Shown: piece by piece, positions 23,217 to 36,994 of the stretch
How positions within the stretch are numbered: the stretch's first letter is position 1
How the letters are laid out: every line of letters starts with the position of its first letter
Assembly: GCA_039545335.1 (NCBI GenBank)
Contig: BCIN01000003.1
Span: 1,240,001 to 1,303,384 of the forward strand
Origin: Kondoa subrosea
Lineage: Eukaryota
DNA: 63,384 nucleotides
Reading direction: 5' to 3'
Position numbers and translations under genes: made by a program
The notes under the pieces: model-generated
The model's database searches: none
The model's input: the letters and a program-made list of their open reading frames with translations, nothing else
Told to the model about the DNA's origin: nothing

Positions 23217-25565
23217 TTACTCTATCTTCTCCTGCAACCACTTCAGTAAACCAGCAGTTCCTCCGCTCTCCCAAACTCTTCTGGCTGGAACTCGAAACAA
23301 ATTTCCTATTCACACTTATTAGCTTGGCCTTGAATGTCATTAAGCTTGGCTCACCCTCTACCAGGAAGCTATCGAGGCGCAACCAACCCAACTCAGGCTG
23401 CAATTTAGCAATTTCATTATCCCTCAAATCAATTTCTTGACATTGCCAATTGCTGCTGGAACCTCTTTTTGCTGTTCTCGCTACTTCGACCAAAGGCAAA
23501 AGATCCGCAAATCGATTACCGGACAATTTGAGCGTTAGCAAACCACCTCCTTCCCGCAAGAGAAGCTCTTGAATGCCTTGAAGGTTATCGAGCATGTTAT
23601 AAGTCAGATCTAGGGATTTCAAATTCGGTGCTATGCTGGCGAGATCGGTGAAGATAGTGGGTAAAGCGAGTCTGTTAGCTGAGAGATCGAGATATTGAAG
23701 ATGGAGAAATGGATTTGTACCATCTAAAGAAGTGATTCGATTGCGGGAAAGATTGAGAACATGTAGCTCGGAGAAGATCTTGCCCAATGAAGCTATTTGT
23801 TGAAAAGGAGCGGCAATCAAAGCATTCTTAGCCAAATCAATCTTCTTCACTTCTCCTTCCGTATTTGATCCGCTTGGGAAATTTTCTATCCCTCTTCCGC
23901 TTAGATCTAGCACACCATTGCTGACTTCATTTATATATGGAAATTCTCCGTCTGCTTCGCTGCCTCTTAGTTCCAGCTTTGCCAATTCTTCAGGTAAATC
24001 ATCACCTCCATCAGCAGTTTTCCAACTCTCATTACTGCCCAAACTCTTCGCTGCGCTGACTTTACGTTGCGCAACTGTAGGAGTAGGTAATCCTAAAGAA
24101 GCTACACCACTTCTCATAGCTCTTCTTCTGGCTGGCTCAAGAGCTAAAGGGTTTCCACCGATCCTGGTTTCGAGTTTCGCTGAAGAAGAAGGTTTGATCA
24201 TCTTGTTGAACGCTGGAGGTATTTGTAAATAGTTGATGGATTTGAAATTTTGTTCAAGAGAATCTAGCGAGTCTAGAGCGTTGTTGCTTAAATCTAAGGA
24301 TTTGAGTTTCGGTAAAGAGGAAGAAGGAAAAGATGTCAATTCGTTCGAGGCTAGTGAAAGTGATTCAAGTTCTTCTAGCTGTAGAGAAGGAGAAGGTGAT
24401 GTAAGGTTGTTAGAGGAAAGATCTAGTTGTGTAAGGGAGCTTGGCAATTCTACCAGTGCGGTAGAAGGAAGTCGATTTTGAGAAAGATTGAGTATTCTTA
24501 AGTACGGGAATGGAGCTGTATTCAAAGAATTGACGCCACTACTGCGCTGCTTCACTGGACTAGAAGGGAAGGAGGACCAGAAATCTTCACCTGCTGAACT
24601 GTTGCTATTGAATGATGCATCGGGATCTGGGGGCTTCTCCGCGAGTAAAGACTTGAGTTCAATCTTCCACTCTTTTGGCCAAAGCGAGGTCAGCTTGTTG
24701 TTTGACATATCCAAATTAATAAGATGTTCAAGGTTCAGCAGTTGAAGCGGTATTGCGCCTTCGAATTGATTGGAAGAAAGATTGAGTACGGTAAGAGAGA
24801 GAAGATTTGAGATAGACAGGGGAATAATAGGGAGACAGTTGCAATGTAAGTCCAGATTTTCTAATTCAGTCAGACCAGCGATCTCTTCTTCCAAAGAGTC
24901 CAATTCGTTGTTTGAGATTTTCAGTACTGTGAGTGGTAGTTGCTCGTACCAGCGGACATTGTTTGAGTCGTCTTCATCCGAGCGAGAAATGGAAAGGTCT
25001 AGCGCCTTGTCTTGCTTGAAGAAAGAAGGAGGTGCTCTGTTCGATGGATGAAAGGGATTCACAGGAGCTGACGCACAGTCTGAGAATAATATCATAGCGA
25101 AAGAACAGAGAGACTTACATATAAACGATGAGTATACTTCAGAAGGTACTTGTCTCAACGAGCGAGAAGCTAAGAGGAGCCGACCGGTCGCTTTGGCTTT
25201 CGCTACTGTTTGCGAGATAGAAGGTCCAAAGCCCTCATCAACATCATCGAAGCCTTGACTAGAAGAAGAAGCCAGAGGAGAAGAGGTTTGATAGACTTGA
25301 GATTGCTCAGACTCTTCCGCTTCTGAGGGAGCAGGACTTGCTCTAGCACTTCGAGTAGCGCCTTGCTTTGCTTTCAGAGCCAATATCGCTTGTCTGACTG
25401 TAGCATAGACATAAGCATTACGCGACAAAGCGAATTTCACAATTGCGGACCTTCCGACGAAGCTCTGGTAGCAGGAGCTGGTCTACTCTTTGTGGACGTG
25501 GGCGTGCTACTATTCGACCTTTCTGCAGGCTTTACAGGCACAAATTTGCGTCGAGGAGTCGCCAT
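23217..25565 (-). CDS. Leucine-rich repeat protein (LRRC40-like architecture)
   Basis: Many LxxLxLxxNxL repeats and C-terminal GNLFRVPARRVWE.GGT.GLLKWL. First exon MATPRRKF... is spliced to VRQAIL. Confidence 0.85.
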
Positions 25566-25713
25566 GCTCGCTTCAAGTCACTCTGTTTTGATTTTCGTCT
25601 CGAGACCTCCATTCGGTCTGCGGCTTCCAGCTAGGCTTTCTTTCCGAGCAGACAAATACCACAGATTGATCGCATATACCACTGGGTCGTGTTACCCTGC
25701 CCTTGATATCGCA

Positions 25714-28700
25714 ATGTCTGACGATGAATTTGGCTTCGACGATGATTTAGATCTTTCTGCTGTAGCTCAACTGGAATCAGCCTTGACTAATGGCACAGCT
25801 AAACCGCATCAATCTTTCGGCTCTACCTCCAAGCTCCCTGCAAGATCAAACACAGCTCCAGCGGGTCTGGTACAAAAGACTCTCTTTGGCGGAAATGCTC
25901 CTGTTGCTGGTCCTTCGCGCTCAAAGTCTTCCAATACTACATCTTCTGCTAATGCGGCGAATCCTGTACCGAAAGTTAAAGTGGTCAAGAAATGGGATAG
26001 ATCACTTTGGGTGAAAGCGCAAGGTTGGGGAACGACGAAAGCTCAGCAAGCAAAAGATGCTCGTAAGAAAGGCAAAGCAAAGCAAATCTATAGCGATGAT
26101 GAAATGGACGAGGACATGGAAGAAGATGCTGAAGCCGATGAAGCTGAACAACAGAAATTCATTGGCAATGATCCTGATTTGAGTCCTTCTGCTCCTGCAC
26201 CACCTATGCAACTCAAGATTGATAAAGAAGCAGCAAAAAAATGGATTTATCCTCTCAATCGAGAAAGACGTGATTATCAATTCAATATCGCCAGAAGAGC
26301 TCTTTTCGACAATGTTCTATGCTCTTTACCTACTGGAATGGGGAAAACACTTATCGCTGCAGTAGTCATGCTTAACTTCTATCGCTTCTTCCCGGAAGGC
26401 AAAGTCATCTTCGTTGCACCTTCAAAACCTCTTGTCGCTCAGCAGATTGAAGCTTGCCATACCATTGCTGGTATTCCGCCTTGTGATGTAGTCGAAATGA
26501 CTGGAAACGATTCACCTTCGCATAGAGCGGATGCATGGGCAACCAAACGGGTCTTCTACTGTACGCCTCAAACCGTTGCCAACGATTTGAAATTAGGAAG
26601 ATTGGATCCGAGCAAGGTCGTTTGTCTCGTAGTCGATGAGGCTCACAAAGCTTCTGGAAATTATGGTCAGTTGTTGCGCTCTTAACTGGATTCTTCTCAT
26701 AATGAGATAGCCTATTGCACAATTGTCCGATATCTCATGCAGAAGAATCCACATTTTCGGGTGCTGGCGCTTACTGCTACACCTGGAGCCACTGTCGACG
26801 CAGTTCAAAGCGTCATCGATTCCCTTCACGTGAGTCTGCCCTGTTTATGGGTCGATAAGTACTCATCAGTAACCGCAGATTGGTCACATTGAAGTCAGAA
26901 CACCGGACTCTATGGACATTCAACGATATCAGTATCAAACACAACTGAATAAGATCGTAGTCAAGCTCACACCCGACTTCGCTCATCTACGAGACAAGGT
27001 AGTCGCACTCATGAAACCACTGATCAGTCAAATGTCATCCATCGCCAATGGTAGAATTAGAAAAGACCAAGATCCACTGTCTCTTGCTCCTTTCACTGTT
27101 CAAAGCGTCAACCAAGATCCTCAAACTCGAGCTCACAAATGGTCTTACCCAGTTGGCAGCAAGTTGCACAAATACACCCTAGCTATCCAATATCTACTCT
27201 GTCATTCTCTGTCTACTTTCCTCGACGAATTACGCAAGATGGTAGATGAAGGCAAAAAGAAAGACCCAGAACTAACAGCTTTGATTCGCGAAGCAGCGAA
27301 CTTGAAGAATTCGCCTGGTATATCTGGACATCCGAAGATGGATACATTGAAGAGTCTGCTTCAAGAACATTTCACCGAATCAAGCAAAGCGGGGTTGGAA
27401 ACTAAAGCGATTGTCTTTATCAATTTCCGTCAAGTCGTTGAAGAGGTCACTGATTTTTTAAGTACCGTCAAAGGAATCAAAGCGACCAAATTTATTGGTC
27501 AAGGATCGGACAACAAGGGCGCCAAAGGTTTTTCGCAAAAAGAGCAGCAGAGTGTCAGTCTGGTGAAAACCTTTTGGCTTCTCGTGCTGACAACTAAATG
27601 ATGGTGTCTGATAGATCATGGCACAATTCAGAGATGGCAAATACAATGTCATGGTCGCAACTTCCATCGGCGAAGAAGGCCTTGATATTGGTTCGGTCGA
27701 TGCTATCTTCAATTATGATGCCCCTAAATCTTCTATTCGAGTGGTAGGTCGCTCATGCCGCTTTTGCGTCTCTTCTTATCCCGATACTACTACAGATGCA
27801 ACGTACTGGTAGAACATCCCGAGAACGATCTGGCAAAGTCTACGTTCTATCTGCTGAAGGTCGAGAAGAGCTCAATGTAGGTGACTCAATTTCCACTTCA
27901 GTTCCATGGGCTTGACAACATGCTGCTGTAGTGGGACAAAGCTCGAGACGATTACAGCCGCATCCAAACCTTTATCGTTTCTGGCAAAGAATTTGAGCTC
28001 TACGCTGATTGCGATGCTCTTGTGCCAAACAAAGCTACCATTGAGTGCGAGCAAAAGATGATCGAAACCACCCCATATGTTCGAGATTCTGTCAATATCG
28101 GTCTCATTTTCGGCAACAAGCGAAAACCATCTATCAAGAAAGCGCCTAAAGATGCAAATCGTAATATTCCGCATGATGGGCATCTAGGATTCCGAACAGC
28201 CGGAGAAGCTATGAAGAAACCTCCTACAAAGGCAGAGAAACTTGCAGATAGGAGAAGACTCGCTCTCTTATCCCCATCAATGCAAGCAGATCTTCTTCAT
28301 AATTGGGTTGATCCGGCTCGGCGAGCTCAAGAAGGTGGTGTTGGCTCGCTACCAGCTAAACCCGATATCTCTTTCCAACCTTTGTACAAGACGAAGAAGC
28401 ACAAAGTTGGCTCATCGAAGCGTACTTCGAATCTTGCCGAAGCACTCAAGGTCGGACTAGCTGTCGAAGATGAAGATGAGTATACCGGTTGGGAAGGCAA
28501 TACTTTCGCGCAATTCGATCAGAAGAAGGTGGTATGGATTGCTGCAGGCGATCGAGGTCGCAGTATCCCGCATCGCAGTTACCGATCCTGTCGAACTTCA
28601 TCTACCGAAGTCGATAATGTTCAGATCACACTTCGGAGTACTCAGCAGCCGCTTTCTCGCACTGCTTCCTTAGGCACAGCAACTCTATCATCCAACAAGT

Positions 28701-30263
28701 CCAAGATCAAATTGCCTTCCCCCCTCAAATCGAAGCCCAAGGTCATTACAAAACCTGAAGTCATCGACCTCGATAAGACTGAAGATGAAGCGCTGTTCTT
28801 GGTGCCTGCCCAGCTCGACTTGGACAACGATGAAGCCGCTGGAGACGAGGTCTGGCCCGAATTTGAGATGGATCTCATTGAGCCTGCTCGTATCAAGTCT
28901 GCAATTCCTTCGCCAGCTGTTTCACCAATACTCAAGCCTGACAAGAGAAAGAAGAAAAATGTCATGACCGCGCTTGCACCGGCTAAAATTCTAGACACTG
29001 ACGCTTCTGACGATGAAATCGAGGAATTCGATGATGACATTCTGCCAGCTTCGCCTGCAATAGCTGAGCCTAGCAAAATTGAAGAGGAGGAATTGGAAAT
29101 TGACGAGCTTGCCTCCGACATCGAGGAAGTAGACAACAAGAAGGCAAAGCAAGAAGAAGAGCCACTGCTGTTTGCGATCCCAACGAATTCGAGTTCAGAT
29201 TACGGTAGCGATATTGACCTGGATCAGCTAGTGCCACCAAAGTCTGCTTCAATACCTAAAAAGGCGGAACCCCTGGATCAGTCAATCATTCCAAACTCAG
29301 ATCCTTATGATGATTTCAACACATTTGGCGACAGTATTCAAGATTCTTTCATGGCGAAACAGCTTGACCAGATCGAAGCAGACTATATGGCCCCAACTGT
29401 CCTTACACAGGAAGTGAAGCAAGACAGGGATGAAATGCCACCTCCGCCTCATCCTCTTCTCAAGCGCAAGTCTACTAGTGTGCTTAAGGAGTCAGATCCG
29501 AATCAGAAACCGGCAACCCAACGTCATGATATCGTAGACAGCCTCGCTTTAGCTTGGAGCGGCAGTGCACCTGTTAAACTCGTCACTCGAGCGTCTCAAG
29601 CTTCTGCTTCTTCTTCCCCTGCCGTCAACATGCGAAAACGTATAGTGCCAGATACCCCTTCGGAAGCCAACGAAAGCTCAATACAAATCATTAAACAAAA
29701 TCCACGAAAGCTCAAAAGGTTGAAGAGGGACAGTGAAGAAGAGGTTGAAGATGACATTATTCCAGTAACGAAACCTAAGAAGAAAGCTTGTGTGCAAACA
29801 AAAACACCTTTGGTGGTCAAACCAATGAAGAAGAAATCCAAGATGCAAGCTAAAGCCGAAAGAAACCCTTACTTCCAAGGTGCTTTCGAAGCAGCTGAAT
29901 CAGGAGAAGACAATCATCCAACTTCTGGTGAAATCGAACCAGAAGATTCATCTGATCGGGAATTCGTAGACGATGACAGTCGAGCAGATGCATCGGACAT
30001 GCAGGCGTTCTATCGTGCCTCCCTCTTCTCGCAACATCCTGCTGCCAATCTTTTTGCTGGATCTGTCAAGAAGCCAAATGCTTACAAGCTCAAATACGAA
30101 AGGGCGCATAATTTCATCTCCACGCAACGTGCACCTAGCTCAGAAGTCTCAGTCTATGAAGACAGCTCTTTTGTGAGCGATTTCTCTCTCTCTATGCGGT
30201 CTACGTATGGTACTAATTTATTCCCAGGTTGTCGGAGATGATGAGATTGAATTCGAGACATAG
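25714..30263 (+). CDS. MPH1: FANCM/Mph1 DEAH-box DNA helicase
   Basis: [57 protein letters not shown]. Long disordered C-terminus. Confidence 0.93.
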
Positions 30264-30501
30264 CAATACACTGCACTAGCATACCCACATCTTAATATTA
30301 CTGGTATCGCTGTAACACCACTCGATGCCATTGTTTACCGTCAATGTTTTGACGCCTTTAGATCCACGCGTTGGTTTTGACCGATCTATTACTAGCTGCA
30401 TAGCCCTATAAGCATGCTCGCTTGACCATCAACCAAACCTTCACCACTATTGCTCTCGATATTCACACACTCCTTTACAAGTCACATTCCTTTATTTCAT
30501 A

Positions 30502-31962
30502 ATGTTTATATATTCGCTACTTCTCGCTCTTCTAGTCAGTGTACATGCTCGAGATGTGTCACGGCGCCAGAATCACCACAATGAGATTACCATCCGCTCC
30601 TCATATGCGAGCAAGTACACCTCTGTAAGCTCAATGCCCTCTAATCGCGTAAAATCGAGACTGAATTCTTTACATTGCTTTCGCAGCTTGTAGCTTTTGG
30701 AGCGTCTTATCAAGATAACGCGCACGACCGTCCCTCGCAATACAAGAGCTACCAACGCGGTTGGCCGTGAGTCATTATTATCAAAAGAGTCAGGGTATAT
30801 TAGCTGAAAACGTCGCTGAGAAGCTATTCAGGGGGAAGATTCACTAACGGTCCTGTCATGGTCGAATACCTCAGTTCGATACTCAGAGTTCCCCTACTTG
30901 ACTATGGTCAGTCGCTGACTCTCTATGCTGAATCCATTCTAATCTGGTCGTTGTACTTCGTTACAGCCTATGGTGGCTCGGTAGTGGTGAACGACAACAT
31001 AGCTAGTGCATCCACTCCAGCTGTGAATGACCAAGGTCCGCCAAAATATAAAATTGCTAAGTACAACTTGTTCTGACCGCTCGTGTAGTCGCACAATATC
31101 TATCGGACGTGGGCAGCGGAATTGTGGCATCTCGAGGTAAAGGAAGAGTTCTCCACTGCTTTTGGGCAGGAATTAATGATGGTGAGGGAAATCACTGCTG
31201 ATGTTTTGCTTTGTATCCTGAGCATGACGTTTAGTCACCGGAATCTGGAACGGTTATCGCTCAACAGGGAATGGAGATGCTGCTATGAAAGACGTCGTCA
31301 CTCATGCGTCTCGTCTAATTGCTGAAGCCAAGAAAGTTCAGGCAGGAGCAGGTCAAGGAGTTTCCAATATCGATTTGTGAGCTACTTACTCAGCGATCGA
31401 TCCCATTCTGATTATTTGCGCCCCGCCCAAAAGGATGATTCTACCTCTTCCGCCTCTCGAGCTTGTCCCCAACATTAAGTTTCAATCAAGCAAAGGAAGC
31501 GATTTGGCATTCATTAAGAAGCTGGTGTAAGCAATGCTCCAATGCTCAGTCCTGTCTTGTATTCCTACTGACCTGGGTTTAGAGATACTTATGACTCAGT
31601 CTTGGCTAACGGTATCAGATCGTTGCAGAAATCAGGCAAAGGCAAATCGCGAGTGATGACTTTTGACGTTCAGAAATGGTGGAAAGGCGTGCTGGCTAGA
31701 CCTTCGTCGATCGGTGTCAAGAACGTCAATGATCCTTGCTACAACTCCTCAGGGAATACTGTTTGTCCGAATCCTTCTGCTTACCTATATTTCGAGTGAG
31801 TTATTGGGATTGCCTTACGATTCGGGATCGAGGCTGAATGTTGCCTTAGCACTCTACACCCGACAACAACGGCTTTCAAGCAGTGAGTGATACTCGAGCT
31901 GTGTGTCTCTATCAACTAATTGTCCATGAAGATTGGCTAAACAGATTGCGAAAGTGGTCTAG
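30502..31962 (+). CDS. Secreted SGNH/GDSL esterase (CE16-like)
   Basis: Signal peptide, then LVAFGASYQDN (GDSL block variant), GRFTNGPVMVEYL, WAGIND, C.NPSAYLYFD|TLHPT (DxxH). Confidence 0.82.
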
Positions 31963-32170
31963 ATCATTAGGGACATTGGTTGAAGGTGGTGAAATGCATA
32001 GACAATTTGCACCTTCCGAAATCCCACAGGCTTCCTACATGCTCGGTGTCCCTTAGCTTGATTATGACTCTGCAGAACAAGTGCATCGAAAATTACATTG
32101 CCCGCTCTGGCTGACTTGTACTGTTTCTAATGCGTTGTTCGCTGATGCCCGCGTGTACCAGTACCAGTAC

Positions 32171-33328
32171 TCATAGCATCAGACCGTTGTATTTGATGCT
32201 AGTACCAGAACGGTTCGCGACAACACGCTGCACATATGCGTTTAGTTATCCCGAGCAAGTGAAGACAAGTCGCATTCACCTTGAGAAGAACCTGATCACG
32301 ATCTGCCTGAGTGACTTCTGTGCTCAAAGTTCTGAAATCGACACTTATTTGTCGATCCATTGGCCATGAAGCAATGCAGGCGGCCAATTCGATGCGTTTG
32401 AGGGGGAAATAACCTACGTTTACTGATTTGACCAGCGGTCCGATATAGCTAAGAGAGTCTTCAGACAACGGTACGGACCATAACGACAACGACACCAAAT
32501 TCGGGAAGTTGGAAAGCCAGTCGTGCCTTGTGGCGGGTGCATCTTGTTCGAAGCAGCCTTCCACATCTATCCTTTCAAGGTGTGTCGCGTATTTGACCAG
32601 CGGTTCAGTCAAATCCGTCACCAGCGGTAGGTAGCACTCCTGCATAGAGAATTCCAGAAGTGGGTGTGTGAGAGCCTTGAGTAGATCAGTAAAGCTTGCG
32701 ACGTTCATTTCACATGTGTTTAAGTCCAAGCGTGTCAAAGGAGACGGAATCGATTTGGGAGTATACTAGTCGAGATCGATGAGAGTATACTGGTGCAAAG
32801 ACAATTCTCTAATCGAGAGGGAAGACATTAGGCTGTGCAGATCAGAAGTAGTGACGAATTGTAGATAGGATTGCCTGTTTAGGTAGTCATCATCTTGATC
32901 GCCGTATAGCTTGAGAGATTGAATTGTTCTCATGTTATGCAGTCGTTTCAACGTGATATCGTAAGAAGAGGCGAGGGCAGCAGATGTTGCAAGGCTGGCA
33001 AAGAATACAGCAGATTCTCAGCGTTGCCTCGATAGAGGCCAAACTCAGGTCTATCATCTTCGTCCCCAGGGTAACCCAGTAAGTCGAGCCGTCGTACCAA
33101 CAATCCCTTTTCTGGTTTTGCTTGTAAATGGTGTACTAGATGTCCAGCTTCAGGACCGGGAGGAACCGCAACATCGTAGTAAATAGCTTCAGCATAAGCT
33201 ATGGTTCTCCAATATTTGCAGACTGCCAGAATCCTCTTCTTATCGTAATGCGAAGAGAAAGCATAGAGCAAAATGCTGTTGAGAACTTCGACAGGCAGAT
33301 CGTTGAAGTGTAGTTTCTGCTCTGGCAT
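32171..33328 (-). pseudogene. F-box-like/LRR paralogue, disrupted
   Basis: FNDLPVEVLNSIL...VCKYW. Frameshift near 32950-32990 and in-frame TAG at 32766-32768, with no convincing intron to remove either. Confidence 0.72.
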
Positions 33329-34123
33329 GTCTACGAACCATGTAAGAATTGCCCTGTGTGTATACACTGAAATTTGCCCAATTCACCTTTCGAGTATTCG
33401 TGCGACCAATACGATGACACCTTTGGCTACCTCTCCTATTGATTGCTGATCCCTCAATCACCGATCTACAACCGATCTTCTCCGCTTGCCGTCCAGCCAA
33501 AGACCTTAGAAAGCCAAACCGAAGCAAACTTCTTGCTAGAGATTGCCAATGCGTTGCAACAAATCACAGCCAGGAATGAACCAGCTATACCGAATACTTG
33601 CTACTACTTGCTTTCAACAGCCCAGGCGGGAGGAATAACCAAAGTGAAGACTTGATCGAATGTCGACACAACTCGCTAGCAGCGCAACAATTCTCGAAGC
33701 CTGCGGATCGAATGTTGAAACAGCAACAATTTGGTTCGCTGTAAGACCTAAAGAAGCCACCGCTTGCCAAATATCACAGAATTCAACAGTCCACGTAAAG
33801 CCAAATTTCCAATCAATGTATTGCCTTGTTGCCCTTCTGAGCGGAAAGAAGGATGTCAATGCTTCTCGGACTGATGCTTGCTCTTTCGCTTTGAGATTAT
33901 GCGAAGTGGGTCACTGTCAAAACGAACCTTAGGAACCTTGAAATTATGCAGTGTAACTTCGAGCTACTGCTTTGCTGCATGTCGTCGATGTATACCTAAG
34001 AGTCAGCGAGAGATATGCAAAGTTGCACAGTAGCCCTTCACAGTGGAAAGACATAGGGTATTTGAATGTACAATTGCAATGGAACCTGAAGCGATGTGAT
34101 ACGAGAATACAAAGATGACCAAT

Positions 34124-35283
34124 TCAAACCAGAAGAACAGCGTTAATACAGCCCTGTGGGTAATTGATTAGCGAAGAATCCTCATGTCAGCGAAACCATA
34201 AACTTACATCCAATTCAGGGTTATTTGTGACTTGTGCATCTATGAGCGGTTGATATGTGTCAGTATTATCTACCAGACCAGTACTGCGACTCACATTTCG
34301 CCCAAACGACTTTACCGCCAGTGGTGACTAAACCGAGTTCCGAGATCTGGCGATTGGTTTCAGTAGCGCTCCCGATGGGAGAGAAAGGGCTTACATTCAC
34401 TTCAATGATGGTACCTCTTGTCATTACGCCCAACTGAGTGAACATAGGTGATTGAGGGTTCTTTTTCACTCCGATGATTTGTAGCTGAAAAGTAGCTTTG
34501 AGTTCAGCTGCACGAGAATGCTTATCGGTCAGCACAGAAAGAGACAAAGCCAAGCTGTTACGTACGATGCGTCACATTAGCCTTCTTGTATCGCAATGCC
34601 ATCGGTCTAATGAATCGCTCCATTTTGACTGGTTTTCTCGTAAAGCCTTCTCCCACAAAAGTAGCCTTGTTGACCCTGAGACAATGCGTCAGCTACACGT
34701 CGACTTGGTGAAGGCTCGACTGACAATCGCTTCCAACCCTTAGTCTTCCTCTTTCCTGTCTTGATAACCTTGAACACCTCATCTTCCGCAATACCTCGAA
34801 CTTTCGGTAACGGCACAGCGAATTTCCCAGCTTTATCTTTCCTCTTGTCCTTCAAAGCGGAAGAAAGTGCTTTAGCATTGTTCGTCCCTTCTCGATCCAA
34901 CAGATAAGCAGGTAAAGCTCCTTCAGGTAAAGCAGCTGTATCTTTTGTCTTGACATCTCTTTCCTCGTGTGCTTTCATCTTCTTTCGCATAGACACCTTT
35001 TCAGCATAGCGTTTACTGCGAGATCCCCTCCATCAGTACACTACATGTGTGATACATGAGAGAGACTTACGCATGCAAGATCTTTGCCCGTTTGCCATGT
35101 AGCGATTGAGCGACTGAAGAAGCTTTGTGTACTGAACGAGCTTCCTTCTTGCGGACTTTCTCATCGTGGTCCAATCGTTTACCATGCCGCTATCAATTCC
35201 ATGCATGTCAGACAGCTTGATCTGTTTCTACAAGGATTCTCACTGACCCGCTGGGCTTCTTCAATATACTGATTTTGAGGCAT
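34124..35283 (-). CDS. NSA2: Ribosome biogenesis protein NSA2
   Basis: [77 protein letters not shown]. Confidence 0.95.
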
Positions 35284-35611
35284 ACCGAAATTAGGTCGAA
35301 GGGAGTTTTTTTCTTTTTGGAGTAATCAGCAGAACTTCAGCGAAGGAAGGTGAGGCTCTTATATAGAGAGCTGCAGGGGGTGATAAGGCTCTGTGGGATG
35401 CTTGGTGGCTCTGGGACAAGGTCGAAAGTGAAAATTGCATGAGGTTGTTCCGCAACAGTGTTGTTCAAGTTTTGCTATTCTATCATTGATACTAGGTAGT
35501 GACAGCGTGGAACGATAGTAGGATCTGACAAGTAGGGGAGAAGAGCGATAAGGGAGCGAGAAGACGGTTTCGACACCAATACAAGCATCAGCGTTGTTCT
35601 ACCAGCCAACC

Positions 35612-35652
35612 ACAGAGGTATTGGTTGGACATACAGAGGTATTGGTTGGACA
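35612..35652. repeat. Tandem repeat with 21-bp period (2 copies) containing CCAAT boxes
   Basis: ACAGAGGTATTGGTTGGACA occurs twice in the divergent NSA2 / F-box promoter. Confidence 0.8.
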
Positions 35653-35793
35653 GGCGCTCCTCTAAAAGACTCTGGTCCATAAACACAAATTTGGCTAAGC
35701 CTGAGAGGGCCACAGCTCCAGACGGACAGGCGTCTTAGCGAGTCTTCAAGACTATATTCTTTGGGCATCTCTCTTCTACTCATCGACTGCACC

Positions 35794-36994
35794 ATGCCAA
35801 ACTTACAAGACTGCTCTGTTGAAATCCTTGAGAACATACTGGGTCATCTCATGTTCGTCTTTAGCCTCGAATAATACGAATCGCTGACCAGTATCTACAG
35901 AGATTCCGAACAGCCTGATATATACAGATGTCTCTTTGTCAACAAACATTTTCACAGCATTGTGTCTGGCAGAATTCTTCACGAAGATGTATGGCTTCAA
36001 AGACCTTCAGATGTCTGCCGAATGATGGACATCGTCACCCAGTTCCCCGAACGGAGAAATTGGATTCGGGTTATTTCCTTTTCTGGCTGGCCATCTTGGA
36101 CCGAAACATGGACTTGTGAAGAGTGTACTGCTGGTATCATTTCCATCAGATATCTGTTGCAATCACTTCCCTGCCTGGAAAATCTTGGAAGCTTCCCGAT
36201 CTCTGTCTTTGACAGTCATGAATGGATTACGACCATGCCATTGCCCTGTCTCAATTATCTTGAAATACAAGACCGTTCCACAACAGAAGATCCCGATATT
36301 CTTCGAAATCTTAGCGATACTGAGCTGTATCACTTGCTCCAACGGCCAAAGCTTCAAGAGTTACTTTTCACAGACACAGACCTAGACTTAATACTTCCTT
36401 TTCGTGCCAACTTGACCACCGCGAGAACGCTGAATTACTTACGAATAGAGGAATGCACCTGCCCTTTTCCACTAATCAGCCTTCTATCCCCAGTAGCTGC
36501 CACCCTTCTTACACTACATTTAACTCGGGTCAATTTCAACCCCGACCTGCTGATTGACGCGTTGACCGACAATACTGTAATCCGATTAGAAGATCTTTCA
36601 GTCACACAATCTTTTGGGGACGAGGATCTAAATGGACCAAGTCGAGTGAACTTTCTTGCCGCCATACCCAAAACAATTCGATTCCTTCGGTTAAGTGGGG
36701 CAATATTAGCTCACCACTCTTTAGCGCACCTTAGGCCAGGAATCGAAACATTGCAATTGGATAACCTCAAATTCGTAGATGCAGCTTGGCTGGCAGTGGC
36801 CATGAGAAAATGGAAATGGAAAAGATGGATGGATATTACGGTAGCTGACGAGCGTTATACACAAGCAGACAAGGAAATGCTTCTCGTAAATATTGACCTT
36901 CATTGTGTCTCGCATCAGCTTAGTCTTTTGATCCCAGGATTTGTGCTCAAACACAAAAAGAAATCTCATCTTCGTTGATAAATTTGAAGATTGA
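35794..36994 (+). CDS. F-box-like/LRR paralogue (apparently intact)
   Basis: MPNLQDCSVEILENILGHLI|DSEQPDIYRCLFVNKHF (48-nt intron at 35853-35900 removes a TAA). LRR-like body and a terminal intron shared with the paralogues. Confidence 0.75.

Noticed and set aside
23918..25051. Several plus-strand ORFs inside the LRR gene (similar cases in MPH1 and NOT3)
   Set aside because: Antisense shadows of long coding exons, with no motifs.
25363..25713. N-terminal extension of the 440-aa ORF upstream of MPH1
   Set aside because: It is antisense to exons 1-2 of the LRR gene and begins at TTG. The plausible start is ATG 25714 (MSDDEFG).
19907..31962. Secondary-metabolite cluster (transporters, MBOAT, esterase)
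   Set aside because: No backbone enzyme (PKS, NRPS, terpene synthase) or pathway regulator in the window.
35870..35875. In-frame TAA early in the F-box gene, suggesting a pseudogene
   Set aside because: It lies within a canonical 48-nt intron whose removal restores GHLID, as in the paralogue.
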